Position numbers and translations under genes: made by a program. Positions 1 to 39,329 of a stretch of DNA of 64,000 nt are shown here, one piece after another. Positions within the stretch are counted from its first letter, which is position 1. Each line of letters begins with the position of its first letter. This DNA comes from the human T2T-CHM13v2.0 reference genome, Homo sapiens: NCBI RefSeq assembly GCF_009914755.1, contig NC_060935.1; one strand, given 5' to 3'. The notes beneath the pieces were generated by a model, which was not told the DNA's origin, searched no databases, and was given only the letters and a program-made list of their open reading frames with translations.

Positions 1-261
1 TCAGCGATATTTCTCCCATTTGCTTTCAAAAGAAGAGAAATATGGCTCTGTTCTGCCTGGCTCAACAGCAGTCAAAATTTAAGGTTATCTCTCTTGTTCC
101 CTGAACATTGCTGTTATCCTGTTCTTTTTTCAAGGTGCCCAGATTTCATATAGTTCAAACACACGTACTCTACAACTTGTGCAGTTAATGCAACCATCAC
201 AGGGTCCTGAGGCAACATACATCCTCCTCAGCTTACGTGATCACAGGATTAAGAGATTAAA
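1..261 (-). mobile_element. MER11-type LTR fragment (HERV-K/HML-8 family), cut by the window edge and by the L1 at 262
   Basis: Reverse complement reads TTTAATCTCTTAATCC...AAGCTGAGGAGGATGTATGT...CTGGGCACCTTGAAAAAAGAACAGGATAACAGC...GCAAATGGGAGAAATATCGCTGA, matching MER11 as I recall it. Confidence 0.8.
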
Positions 262-6409
<6,148 letters not shown>

Positions 6410-6562
6410 TAACCAGGCATGATGGTGTGCCCCTGTAGTCCCAGCTACTCCGGAGGGTGAAGTGAAAAAGGAGGATCACTTGAACCAGGGATGTCGAGGC
6501 CGCAGTGAGGTGTGAAGGCACCATTGCACTCCAGCCTGGGCAACAGAGCAAGATCTGTCTCG
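6410..6562 (+). mobile_element. Old Alu right arm or monomer (AluJ/FRAM-like)
   Basis: CCTGTAGTCCCAGCTACTC...GGAGGATCACTTGA...CATTGCACTCCAGCCTGGGCAACAGAGCAAGA. Confidence 0.85.
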
Positions 6563-6687
6563 AAAAGAAAAAGAAAAGAAAGAAAGAAGGAAAGAAAGAA
6601 AGAAAGAAAGAGAGGGAGAGAGAGAGAGAGTGATAAGAAAGAAAGAAAGAAAGAAAGAAAGAGAGGGAGAGAGAGAGAAAGAGTGAT

Positions 6688-6747
<60 letters not shown>
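6563..6747 (+). repeat. Compound (GAAA)n/(GA)n microsatellite grown from the Alu tail
   Basis: GAAA runs interrupted twice by the unit GAGAGGGAGAGAGAGA..GAGTGATAA. Confidence 0.95.
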
Positions 6748-6749
6748 CC

Positions 6750-7368
6750 CACCCCACTTGTAACTGCTGCTAATAGGAGTGCATATTCAGGGCAGCTTGA
6801 ATCAGTATTGCTGGGTGGCCATCCTCAAGCTTTGGGCTCAATTAAACTCTACATTTAACATAAAAAAAACTGGGATGATCAATTTCTACGTTTATTCAAA
6901 GAAACTATAAACATCAGTTCTATGGGACAATTGGGCCAGTTTCAGTCCCCCCCCCCCCGACCATTTTATCTATCAGCTCCTCAATCATTGGGAATCTGGT
7001 TATTGATCTTTCTGGCTGCTTCATGGTAAGGAGGGGCATTATAGACAACTTCACACCAAGGGTGACCACTTAGCCACTCAGGAATCAACGGTTAATCTAA
7101 TACTACAATTTTCTTCAGGAATACAATATTTCTCTCTTCAGTTTCCTACTTCCACCAAAGATAAATCACAGCAGAACCATCTCTTATTAATATTACCTAA
7201 AAATGTTTTAAAAAGAGAAAACTAAATTTTACTATTGTATGGTGTATTATTGTTAAAACTAATTTTAATAAATCCTTATAAACAACTGTATCTAATTTTA
7301 ATTGGTTTGACCATAATATTTCCATAAACTTTTAATGACCTTTTACAATTGCTGTTGAAGAGCAGATT
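6750..7368. mobile_element. Probable ERV1-class LTR/internal fragments
   Basis: Resemblance to MER4-group internal sequence only; family not assigned. Confidence 0.4.
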
Positions 7369-13857
<6,489 letters not shown>

Positions 13858-15323
13858 TTTGTGCCCTTAATCACCATGATATCCTGGCTCTTGGGGCCAC
13901 AACCCCACCTCTTCCACATCTTCATCTAGCAGCTCATTTGGATCCATTTTTCTAACTAAATCCTGTAATTTCTTCCTGGTTGAAGTCTAAAGCAGGAGCA
14001 GATTTTTCAGCCAAGTGTTAAGGAAACAAAATAACTCATTATCTCATAATGAAGAAAGACTGTCAAAGTGTTATGTTTTGTTTGTACTTCCTCAAGAGTT
14101 CCGTCTACCCTGGCTGATAGTATTGCCACAAGATGACACTGTCAAGACAGAAGTGCCTGAGGAAAGGTAGAGACAACAATTTAGGAAAAGAGGCCAGCCT
14201 GAAACCATCTGATAGTTTATATCTCAGCTTCATGGCTTTTCTCTTATTGTACCTCACCTTCCCCCTGCCACCAACCCACATTCTGGCTGCATTAAACAAT
14301 TTTCAGTTCTCTGACCACCACAAATTTTGGTGCCTCTGGGGCCTTTGGATGAGCTTGTTCTCCCTTCTTCCCACATGCTTAGCTCATGGCATCTCCTTGA
14401 TGATGCATTTTCTGGCCCACCCAGGTAAAAATGACCACTCCTCCTTTGGCATCTACTCTATCCTGTACATTCTTCTATCAACAGACTATAACACTTTATT
14501 GCACATATTTATAAACTTGCATGTTTCTGACTTAGCAAGCTACAGACTCCCTAACAGTAGAGAACATTTGTTCATCTCTCTGTCACTAAATGTTTGTGTG
14601 TGTACAACTATGATCCTTCATTCCTAAAGGAAATGTCATGCCACATATATATACCATTAAAAATGATCAAACAATGTGCTAACCATGGTTTTCTTTGGGT
14701 GGCAGAATTATATGATATTCATTCTTTCTGTATTTCTAGAGTTTCTGTGATAAACACATATAACTTCGCAAACAAGAAGACCAAAAAAAAAACTGACATT
14801 AAAGCAAAAGATGAATAAGCTTTACAATAAAAATTTAAAAATAAAAGAACAGATCAATGCACCATGAAAACCTTGCTAAACTGATACAGGGGCCCAGATG
14901 CTGGCCTTGCATAAGTGTGCTTTTGATGTTCCTGTTTAATTTATAGAAAAACTCTGAAGTAATTTTATCACTCAGTATTGACCCTTATAATCTCACATGC
15001 CCACATCTTCCATGATAGTGCCTGGGCCTAGAGGGATTGAGTAGTTTTAATTTCTGGCCCTGTGTCTCTTGAGAACCATTCATTTTTTTTTCTTATGTTG
15101 CCAACTATTATTTTATTATAAATTAGATATTCTAATAATGGACACTATTAACATATAAATAAAAATGTGACTTTATAAAGTATCAATAGAAATACCAATA
15201 CATATGAGCTTGTCAAGGGGTCTTACTGAATTAAGAAACTTTCTGCTCAATATATATTCTATCATAAAAATAAGGAGACATCCTTTGAGAATGCACTGTT
15301 CATTTTTTTATACTTTAACCACA

Positions 15324-21524
<6,201 letters not shown>

Positions 21525-23577
21525 AATTCACTGATTTTTGAAGGGGTTTTCATGTCTCTATCTCTTTCAGTTCTGCTCTGATCTTAGTTATTTCTTGTAT
21601 TCCCCTAGCTCTTGGCTTTGTTTGCTCTTGCTTCTCTTGTTCTTTTAATTGTGATGTTAGGATGTTGATTTCAGGTATTTCTAGCTTTCTGATGTGGGCA
21701 TTTAGTGCCATAAATTTTCCTCATGACACTGCTTTAGCTGTGTCCCAGAGATTCTGGTACATTGTCTCTTTGTTGTTGTTGTTGGTTTCATAGAACTTCT
21801 TGATTTCTGCTTTAATTTCATTTTTAACCCAGCAGTCATTCAGGAGCCTGTTGTTCAATTTCCATGTACTTGTGTGGTTTTGAGTGAGTTTTTTAATCTT
21901 GAGTTCCAATTTGATTCCACTGTGATCTGAAAGACCGTTTGTTATGATTTCAGTTATTTTGCATTTGCTGAGGAGTGTTTTACTTCCTATTATGTGGTCG
22001 ATTTTAGAGTAAGTTCCATGTAGCACTGAGAAGAATGTATATTCTGTTGTTTTTGGGTGGAGAGTTCTGTAGATATCTCTTAGGTCCTCTTGCTCCAGAG
22101 CTGAGTTCAAGTCCTGAATATCCTTGTTAATTTTCTGTCTCAGTGATCTGTCTAATATTCATAATGGGGTGTTAAAATCTCCCACTTTTATTGTGTATGA
22201 GTCTAAGTCTGTAGGTCTCTGAGAACTTGTTTTGTAAATCTGGGTGCTCCTGTATTAGGTGCATATATTTAGTATATTAACTAACTATTTAGGATAGTTA
22301 GTTCTTCTTGCTGAATTGATCCCTTTGCCATTATGTAACGTTCTGGTTTTATCAGAAATTAGGATTGCAATCCCTGCTTTTTTCTGCTTTCCATTTGCTT
22401 GGTAAATTTTCCTCAATCTGTTTATTTTGAGCCTGTGTGTCTTTGCATGTAAGATGGGTCTTTTGAATACAACACACCGATGAATCTTGACTCCTTATCC
22501 AATTTGCTAGTCTGTGTCTTTTAATTGGGGCATTTAGTCCATTTACATTTATGGTTAATATTGTAATGTTTGAATTTGATCTTGTCATCATGATGCTAGT
22601 TGGTTATTTTGCATGCTAGTTGATGTCATTTCTTCATAACGTCATTGGTCTGTATATTTTTATGTCTTTTGCAGTGGCTGGTACCAGTTTTTCCTTTTCA
22701 TATTTAGTGCTTCCTTCAGGAGCTCTTGCAAGGCAGGCCTGGTGGTGATGAATTCCCTCAGCATTTGCTTACCTGAAAAGGATTTTATTTCTCCTTTGCT
22801 CATGAAGCTTAGTTTGTTAGCATATGAGATTCTGTGTTGAAAATTCTTTTTTAAAGAATGTTGAATATTGCCCACTCTGCCCCCAACACACACACTCTCT
22901 TCTGGCTTGTAGGGTTTCTGCTGAGAGATCCGCTCTTAGCCTGATGTGCTTTCCTTTGTAGGTAACCTGGCCTTTCTCTCTGGCTGCCTTTAGTGTTTTT
23001 TCCTTCATTTCAACTTGGGAGAATCTGATGATTATGTGTCTTGGGGTTGATCTTCTTGTGGAGTATCTTAGTGGGGTTCTCTGTGTTTCCTGAATTTGAA
23101 AGTTGGTCTGTCTTGCTAGGTTGGGGAAGTTCTCCTGGATGATATCCTGAAGTGTGTTCTCCAATTTTGTCCCATTCTTCTTCCCGTCTCTTTCAGGTAC
23201 TCCAGTCAGTTGTAGGTTCCGTCTTTTCACATAGTTTCATAATTCTTGCAGGTTTTGTTCATTCTTTTTGGTTCTTTTTTCTCTAATCTTGTCTGCTGCC
23301 TTATTTTATAATGATGGTCTTCAAACTCTTATATTATTCCTTCCACTTGATTGATTCAGCCATTGATTCTTGTTTATACTTCATGAAGTTCTTGTGCTGT
23401 GTTTTTCAGCTCCATCAGGTCATTTATGTTCCTTTCTAAACTAGTTATTCTAGTTAGCAGATCCTGTAACCTATTATCCTGGTTCTTAGCTTTTTTGCAT
23501 TGGGTTAGAACATGCTACTTTACCTCAGGAAAGTCTGTTATTAGCCACCGTCTGAAGCCTATATCTGTCAGTTCATC
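21525..23577 (-). mobile_element. Older L1 internal fragment (ORF1 plus ORF2 endonuclease region)
   Basis: ORF track 21721-23230 (-) gives diverged ORF1 and endonuclease peptides. Confidence 0.9.
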
Positions 23578-23755
23578 CGAGGACTTTTTATCATAAAGGA
23601 ATGTTGAATTTTATCATATGCTTTTCTAGCAGCAGTGGAAATGATCATATGGTTTTTGCCCTTCATTCTCTTGGTATGATGTATCACATTGATTGATTTG
23701 CATATGTTAAACCATTCTTGCGTCCCTTTGATAAATCCCACTTGGTCATGATGAA
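23578..23755 (-). mobile_element. Old L1 ORF2 (RT region) fragment abutting pseudo-exon 1
   Basis: Translation [26 protein letters not shown]...KNHMIIS. Confidence 0.85.
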
Positions 23756-23760
23756 AATTC

Positions 23761-23959
23761 ACCCTCAGCCAGAGTGCCCTCCCGAGAATCTCAGTCAACT
23801 CAAACCTGAGGCCAGAGAAGTGTCATCACTTCATCCATCCCATGGCAGCTCTTTCACCTGAATGGGACATTTCTCAACATAGGTGAGACAGACACGGAAT
23901 CATGTGTAAATGGCTGGGTGTATGACAGAAGCTCCTTTCCCTTCTCCAACATGACTGAG
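23761..23959 (+). pseudogene. SLC22A9/A25-like unprocessed pseudogene, 3' half of exon 1
   Basis: Aligns to ~57523-57729 (CTCAAACCTGAGGCCAGAGAAGTGTC, CACCTGAATGGGAC, GGCTGGGTGTATGACAGAA, GACTGAG|GTAAGAGG); small deletions break the frame; intron-1 homology continues to ~24625. Confidence 0.93.
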
Positions 23960-24932
23960 GTAAGAGGCCTTGTTTTCCTTTCATGAGCACTGCCCTGGGT
24001 TTTTATAAATAGCACACGTAATAACCATGCTTCCAGCCTTTGGTCACATGTAGATACTTATTCTTCATTCTTTCAGCAAATATTAAGTGCTACTCTATTA
24101 AATGCCAGACACATACATATTTTATGAGGCTAATGAATTCAAAAGTAGAAATGCACCCTGTTATAATAGTGCTTTTATTCTTGGGCAGACAAAAGTTTAA
24201 GCAAGTAATTCATGCCTCTGTTATAAATGTTATGCTAGGTCAGTAAGTCTCAGCCTGTGGTCGCAAATTAAAAACATCTGGAAGGTTGATCAAAACCTCC
24301 ATGCCTAGACTGTACCCGCAGAGCAGTCATAGGAGAAGGAGTGCAGTGAATTCAGGATTCAGTAAACTTTTACAAGATCACAAATGTTTACAGTCCATGG
24401 CCAAGTTTGAGAACCACACTTACTATGGAGTAAGAGTGGTTATTAATATTACCTACAGGTCTAGGGGAAGCCTCTTAGGGAAAGTTATGTTTAAGCTGAG
24501 ACCTGAGTGATAAAGGTCAGGTAATGACAAAAATGGAAACTAGAGAGGAAGTTAGAAGCCTGCTATAATGAAACAATCAGGTCATGTTAAGGAGCTTTGA
24601 TCAGGTTCTACTGAGGGGTGGTAAGCTGCTGTGAAACTCTAATATTCTGTGGGGGGTGCATGGCAACATATTCAAGCTTACGTACACGGCATTTTAGGTC
24701 GGGGCATGGAAAAATGCTGAGGCACCGTGTGTATGTTATTTGTGCATAAGAATGAAAATTCTTGACCTTAAAAACAGGACAGGGAGTGGAAGGTGTAGTA
24801 TGATAAGGAACGCTGAAAACAGCCTCCTGAGAATGCAGTTTGAGTGCTTTTATAAGGCCACAGGTGTCTCACTACTCGATGTCAAAAAAGCCATCTAGTA
24901 GATGTTTGTTGTTTAACAAGCCCTTTCAATAA

Positions 24933-26285
<1,353 letters not shown>

Positions 26286-26295
26286 GCTGCTCCTC

Positions 26296-28980
<2,685 letters not shown>

Positions 28981-29130
28981 GCTGCTACTCACCCCACTCA
29001 GCTGAAATTGATCATTCTTGGCATTCACTGCAAGCTATAAGCTCTGCAAATGGTGACCTTGACATGATAGCCTTAAAGTAACACCTGAAAGAGGAAATCC
29101 CCATGCTATTCTAGTTTCTATTTCTTCTTG

Positions 29131-29234
29131 TGGAACCTGGTATGTGGATCTCAGTCACTGAATTTAGTGGCTAAATTCCTATTCATGGCTGGAATGACTG
29201 TGGGAGGCATCCTATATGGCCATTTATCAGACAG
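29131..29234 (+). pseudogene. SLC22-like pseudogene exon 2
   Basis: 104 nt, same length as SLC22A9 exon 2; open frame [35 protein letters not shown]; acceptor is TG rather than AG; donor GT kept. Confidence 0.95.
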
Positions 29235-29532
29235 GTGTGCATCTCTGTTTCACATATCTCTTTATTAGTGCATATTTCCATTAGCTTATGAATCATTCAT
29301 TAATTTAAAAATATTTATTGTAAATCACACTGTTCTAAGGATACTCTGGTCCTCAGGGATCTAGAATTACAAGTGGAGAATTACAATCTGTAGGGTCAGG
29401 GCTATTTTGTCAGCACTGAATGCTATGTACAAGACACAGAAATGGCATCTCCATTAGACCTGGAAGCATTTCAGGCCAGGGTTTGGAAATGCACTACCAC
29501 AACATGTGGTTTAGAAAGATAGGAATTGTTAC

Positions 29533-29926
29533 TGTCTTAGTCTATTTTCTACCCCTATAACAGAAGGTCACAGACTGGGTAATTTATTAAAATAATAGAA
29601 GTTTATTTGGCTAATGGTTCTGGAGGCTGAAAGGTCCAAGAGCATGGCACCAGCATCTGGTGAGGGACTTTGTGTTGTATCATCCCTGGAAGAAGGTGGA
29701 AGGGCGAGCAATGGCACAAGACAGAGAAAGGATGGGGGCTCAACTTCGTTCTCTTGTTAGGAGCCCCTCCCATGATTACTAACCCACTTTCAGGATAACT
29801 CTATTAATTTATTCACGAGGTCCTACCTCTTAAAGGTCCTTACTCTTAAAGGTCCTACCTCTTAATACAATCACAATAGTAACTATATTTCAACATGAGT
29901 CTGGAGGGTATATCCAAACCATAGTA
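29533..29926. mobile_element. MaLR solo LTR (MST-like)
   Basis: TGTCTTAGTC...AGACTGGGTAATTTAT...GGTTCTGGAGGCTG...CAACATGAG...AAACCATAG; 5 bp flanks GTTAC/TTTAC; absent at the paralogous SLC22A9 site. Confidence 0.85.
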
Positions 29927-30729
29927 TTTACCTATAGGAACTGAGAAGATGTTTCATGACATAGGATTCAGCCTGTTTGAAGATGCAGATATGGAAAACA
30001 GTGTTGTAGACCTTTGCCAGATGTACCATGTTTAGTCTTTCCTTAACCCTGTGAACTGAAGGCTTGTGGGTGCCAGAGAATGACCATCACATTATAGTTG
30101 CCCAAGTGTGATGGGTAGACATTACTGCAAAACCAGTAGGATCATAGCAATGTGTCATTTATGATATGTTAAAAATTGATGCTAATATTCTTAATTTTTG
30201 TTTCTGAAAGAGTAACTTTTTAAAGTTAAGTTTTATAATATGTAGGGTAATCAATATGAAAACTACTGTCACAGTTGTGTTAGAAATTTGGAGTATCCTG
30301 TGGCTAGCAATGTCTCTTTGGAAATAGGCAGCCAACGATTACCATTATCCAAGCATATAATCCCCGAGCAACATGGGAGAATTAAGGTGCTTATCATCTG
30401 CTAGCCTCACATTATCTGTTGCCTCAGCCATAAACTGTGATCTCCACAGGTGTGACAGTAAATGTAATTTATAAGAGTTCAGAGTCATAGTGTTCATTTC
30501 TAGCAATTCAGTAACTTAGCACTCTGTGGGAGCGTTATAAGAAAATGCTGATAGGTCAATTTTGATGGATCATAAGGTAATAGAAATGAAGGATTAGGGC
30601 AGGAGATGGCAGCAGAGAACTAAATTAATCTGAGTGGTTAAGATAATCTAAGGATTTTGAACTTCATTGGAAAACTGAAGGTAAACATGGAATGAGAGGG
30701 CCACAATCAAATTGATATTTTTAAGTAAC

Positions 30730-31640
30730 ATACTTAACTATTCACAATATTCTAAAGCTAACAGCAGTCTAGAATTCCATTAATTATAGAATGGATAAAA
30801 AAGATACAGATTATTCACATAATGGATTTTTATACACAAAAGGTAATAAATAAGCTCTCTGTGCATTAACATAGTTGAGTATAAAAATCATTTTTTTAAG
30901 CAGCATAAGAACAACAAAAATGATTGTATACTATACCATTCCACTTATGGTCAAAAATAAGGAACTACGTTATGGTGTTCGGCGTTAGAAAAGGAGTTCT
31001 CTTTAGGATTTTTATTAAAATTACATTAAATGTATACAGCAGTTTAGGTAAAATTGCCATTTTTTAAATGTTGAATTTTCTGATCTTTGAATATGATAGA
31101 GCTGTTCCTAAATTTAAATTTTCTTTAATTTACCATGCAATGTTTTCTATTTGTTAAAAAGAAAGTCATGTGTTTTCCATTAAATTTATTCCTAATAAAT
31201 CTAGTTGAGGCTCTGAAGTTGGTTTTTGTAATTTTAATTTTTGATTAGCCATTGCTACTACATACAAATAGCAATTGACTTTTACATATTAATCTTACAT
31301 TCTGCCACCGTGATGAATTCACTTATCAGTTCTAGTACATTATTGTGGATTCCTTAAAGTCTTCAATTACACAATTATATCATCTGCAAGTATGGATAGT
31401 TTTGCTTATTATTTTCCTATCTTTTGCCTCTGTTACTTTTTCTAAAAGCACCTAGGACTTTTAGTAAAATGTTAATTTTAAGTAGTGAGATCTGATATCC
31501 TGACCTTGTTTTCTGATCTTAGGTTAGAAGTGAAGCTTTAATGATTACATATGATGTTAAGTATAGTATTATTTTTAGATGCCCTTAATAATGGTTGAGA
31601 AGTTTCCTTATATTTATAGCTTTCTGAGAGTTTTTGTTGT
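30730..31640. mobile_element. Ancient L1M fragments (plus-strand 3' piece, then minus-strand ORF2 piece)
   Basis: Degenerate L1-like sequence; same arrangement at ~59560-60300 in SLC22A9 intron 2. Confidence 0.6.
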
Positions 31641-32486
31641 GAAGTAATTTTGACATAAAATAAACACTAATTTTTTTATTATTATACTTAAAGATTTAGG
31701 GTACATGTGCACAACGTGCAGGTTAGTTACATATGTATACATGTGCCATGCTGGTGCGCTGCACCCACTAACTCGTCATCTAGCATTAGGTATATCTCCC
31801 AATGCTATCCCTCCCCCTTCCCCCCACCCCACAACAGTCCCCAGAGTGTGATGTTCCCCTTCCTGTGTCCATGTGTTCTCATTGTTCAATTCCCATCTGT
31901 GAGTGAGAATATGCGGTGTTTGGTTTTTTGTTCTTGTGATAGTTTACTGAGAATGATGATTTCCAATTTCATCCATGTCCCTACAGAGGACATGAACTCA
32001 TCATTTTTTATGGCTGCATAGTATTCCATGGTGTATATGTGCCACATTTTCTCAATCCAGTCTATCGTTGTTGGACATTTGGGTTGGTTCCAAGTCTTTG
32101 CTATTGTGAATAATGCCGCAATAAACATACGTGTGCGTGTGTCTTTATAGCAGCATGATTTATAGTCCTTTGGGTATATACCCAGTAATGGGATGGCTGG
32201 GTCAATTGGTATTTCTAGTTCTAGATCCCTGAGGAATCACCACACTGACTTCCACAATGGTTGAACTAGTTTACAGTCCCACCAACAGTGAAAAGTGTTC
32301 CTATTCCTCCACATCCTCTCCAGCACCTGTTGTTTCCTGACTTTTTAATGATCGCCATTCTAACTGGTGTGAGATGGTATCTCATTGTGGTTTTGATTTG
32401 CATTTCTCTGATGGCCAGTGATGATGAGCATTTTTTCATGTGTTTTTTGGCTGCATAAATGTCTTCTTTTGAGAAGTGTCTGTTCA

Positions 32487-35713
<3,227 letters not shown>

Positions 35714-37233
35714 TTATTTTGCTCATTAGTTGATGCAGTTTCTTCCTAGTCTCGATGGTCTTTACATTTTGGCATGATTTTGTAGTGGCTGGTACTGGTT
35801 GTTCCTTTCCATGTTTAGCGCTTCCTTCAGGAGCTCTTTTAGGGCAGGCCTGGTGGTGACAAAATCTCTCAGCATTTGCTTGTCTGTAATGTATTTTATT
35901 TCTCCTTCACTTATGAAGCTTAGTTTGGCTGGATATGCAATTCTGGGTTGAAAATTCTTTTCTTTAAGAATGTTGAATATTGGCTCCCACTCTCTTCTGG
36001 CTTGTAGAGTTTCTGCCGAGAGATCTGCTGTTAGTCTGATGGGCTTCCCTTTGTGGGTAACCCGACCTTTCTCTCTGGCTGCCCTTAACATTTTTTCCTT
36101 CATTTCAGCTTTGGTGAATCTGACAATTATGTGTCTTGGTGTTGCTCTTCTCGAGGAGTATCTTTGTGGCATTCTCTGTATTTCCTGAATCTGAATGTTG
36201 GCCTGCCTTGCTAGATTGGGGAAGTTCTCCTGGATAATATCCTGCAGAGTGTTTTCCAACTTGGTTCCATTCTCCCCGTCACTTTCAGGTACACCAGTCA
36301 GACGTAGATTTGGTCTTTTCACATAGTGCCATATTTCTTGGAGACTTTGCTCATTTCTTTTTATTCTTTTTTCTATAAACTTCCCTTCTCACTTCATTTC
36401 ATTCATTTCATCTTCCATCACTGATACCCTTTCTTGCAGTTGATCGCATCAGCTCCTGAGGCTTCTGCATTCTTCACGTAGTTCTCGAGCCTTGGCTTTC
36501 AGCTCCATCAGCTCCTTTAAGCACTTCTCTGTATTGGTTTTTCTAGTTATACATTCTTCTAAATGTTTTTCAAAGTTTTCAACTTCTTTGCCTTTGGTTT
36601 GAATGTCCTCCCATAGCTCGGAGTAATTTGATCGTCTGAAGACTTCTTCTCTCAGCTTGTCAAAGTCATTCTCCGTCCAGCTTTGTTCCATTGCTGGTGA
36701 GGAACTGCGTTCCTTTGGAGGAGGAGAGGCGCTCTGCTTTTTAGAGTTTCCAGTTTTTCTGCTCTGCTTTTCCCCATCTTTGTGGTTTTATCTACTTTTG
36801 GTCTTTGATGATGGTGATATACAGATGGGTTTTTGGTGTGGATGTCCTTTCTGTTTGTCAGTTTTCCTTCTAACAGACAGGACCCTCAGCTGCAGGTCTG
36901 TTGGAGTACCTGGCCGTGTGAGGTGTCAGTCTGCCCCTGCTGGGGGGTGCCTCCCAGTTAGGCTGCTCAGGGGGTCAGGGGTCAGGGACCCACTTGAGGA
37001 GGCAGTCTGCCCATTCTCAGATCTCCAGCTGTGTGCTGGGAGAACCACTGCTCTCTTCAAAGCTGTCAGACAGGGACATTTAAGTCTGCAGAGGTTACTG
37101 CTGTCTTTTTGTTTGTCTGTGCCCTGCCCCCAGAGGTGGAGCCTGCAGAGGCAGGCAGGCCTCCTTGAGCTGTGGTGGGCTCCACCCAGTTCGAGCTTCC
37201 TGGCTGCTTTCTTTACATAAGCAAGCCTGGGCA

Positions 37234-37542
37234 ATGGCGGGCGCCCCTCCCCCAGCCTTGCTGCCACCTTGCAGTTTGATCTCAGACTGCTGTGCTAGCA
37301 ATCTGCGAGACTCCATGGGCATAGGACCCTCCGAGCCAGGTGTGGGATATAATCTCCTGGTGTGCCATTTTTTAAGCCCATCGGAAAAGCGCAGTATTCG
37401 GGTGGGAGTGACCCAATTTTCCAGGTGCCGTCTGTCACCCCTTTCTTTGACTAGGAAAGGGAACTCCCTGACCCCTTGCACTTCCCGAGTGAGGCAATGC
37501 CTCACCCTGCTTCGGCTCATGCACGGTGTATGCACCCACTGA
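37234..37542 (+). CDS. L1 ORF0 in the antisense 5'UTR of L1-4, open; expression unknown
   Basis: MAGAPPPALLPPCSLISDCCASNLRDSMGIGPSEPGVGY...; splice donors CAG|GT after nt 106 (37339) and nt 191 (37424). Confidence 0.6.
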   Translation: MAGAPPPALLPPCSLISDCCASNLRDSMGIGPSEPGVGYNLLVCHFLSPSEKRSIRVGVTQFSRCRLSPLSLTRKGNSLTPCTSRVRQCLTLLRLMHGVCTH

Positions 37543-37702
37543 CCTGCACCCACTGTCTGGCACTCCCTAGTGAGATGAACCTGGTACCTCAGATGGAAAT
37601 GCAGAAATCACTCATCTTCTGCATCACTCACGCTGGGAGCTGTAGACCGGAGCTGTTCCTATTTGGCCATCTTGGCTCCTCCCTCCAACACTAATTTTTA
37701 TA

Positions 37703-37967
37703 ATACCATATTTTTACTGTACCTTTTCTGTATTTACATATACCTAGATACACAAATGCCATTGTGTTTCGGTAGCCTATAGTATTCCTTACACTAGCAT
37801 GCTGTATGGGTTCATAACACAGGAGCAATATGCTATACCATTTAGCTTAGGTGTGTAGTAGGCTATACTATCTGGGTTTGTGTAAGTATATTCTATTATG
37901 TTCATACAACAAAAATTTACCTAACAATGCATTTCTTAGAACATATCCCTGTTAAGTGATGCATGAT
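37703..37967 (+). mobile_element. Tigger3/MER7-type DNA transposon fragment
   Basis: ATTTTTACTGTACCTTTTCT...GGTGTGTAGTAGGCTATAC...GGTTTGTGTAAGTA...CCTAACAATGCATTTCT...GTTAAGTGATGCATGA. Confidence 0.8.
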
Positions 37968-39329
37968 CATATGAGACTAGGACATATAGGTCTTCCTTAC
38001 ATTCAGAAAAAAGGAAATCAATGGTGATTATCAAACCAGACTGCACAACAGTTAATGATTAATGAAACAATAGTCTTTACACTTAGCGGAATACAAATTT
38101 CTCTTCTTTGGGACATTAAGCAAGTACAACCCAATTATCATACTCCTTATTGTATGAAAGAGTGTCCTCATTAATTTGGCTATGAATTCCCTTTATGTAT
38201 GTATGGCTCTGTTTCTCTTTTTCTTCATGCCTTAATATGATTTTCTACTTCATAACATAGGAATCAGTATATAGTATTAACTGCCTGTATTTCTTTAAAT
38301 TTATATATATTTTTTACAAAATTAGTGACACTGTTTACATATCTTTTAATTTTTATGTCATGTAAATGTTTTATCTCATTATTTTTCTTTTATGGACACT
38401 CTATTCTGTTTTTAAGATACACATACATGCCTCTGTGTGCTTCTGGTTCATTTTTCTAACTGCTACACTTTGCTCCACAGTGGAGATCCATTATGGTCTT
38501 CCTAATATCTTTCTCAGGAATGGACAACCAGGTTGCCATCAAAGGTTTGCCACTCCGAAATATCACCACATTTAACAACCTTACACACACACACGCACAC
38601 ACGCACACATATGGCCACAGATGTGCATATGGAATTACATCTAGCATAGCTCAGATACTTAATTTTTCAAATGTTGAATATATATCTGCTTTGTGGAGTC
38701 CTAAAAATCTCCCATGATTATTGTGTGGGAGTCTGACCACATAATTTTTGACTGACCAGGCTTTCCAATAATTCCTATTTCATTATTTTATTAATTGTAA
38801 CACTTTTTACATAGATTCTATTCCATTATGAAGTACACATTTAGAAATTGAGCATATATTGTGTAAACATCCAGAATATATGACTTAATAGTCATATTAT
38901 AATGTAAACATGCTGTGAGAGTAGCAAAGATTGCAGAGCATCTGCCCAATCCCAGTATTTTCCCAGTGGTATACATTATTGGTCATATAGAATCACCACA
39001 CATCGTTTTGTCTCCCCAAAATCTTTGAAACAGAAAATTCCTTTTTGTTCGCTTTTTAAACCCTCTGATTCTGATTCTCTGTTTCCTCAGCTTATCTTAT
39101 CTAATGCTTTCCTCTTCAAACTATGTATAAGTTCCCCTGTCTGAGTTGTGACTCCCTGGTATCCTGTTGTAGAAAACATACATTATGCAAGGCCTACAAT
39201 CAAACTAGGCAGAGAGGCGCTTTTATGAAATCCATTAGCAACTTGATATATTCTTCTATGGATTGTCCTTTCAAATCAGTTTAGCCTTGGCCTGCATGGT
39301 CCTAGGATGCCAAATGCAGATTTAGATCC

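Noticed and set aside
14133-14627. 164 aa ORF in non-L1 sequence
   Set aside because: No recognisable domain or splice structure; partly looks like decayed L2-type sequence
13860-15320. Possible promoter or 5' half of exon 1 of the pseudogene
   Set aside because: No convincing alignment to 56400-57520 by eye
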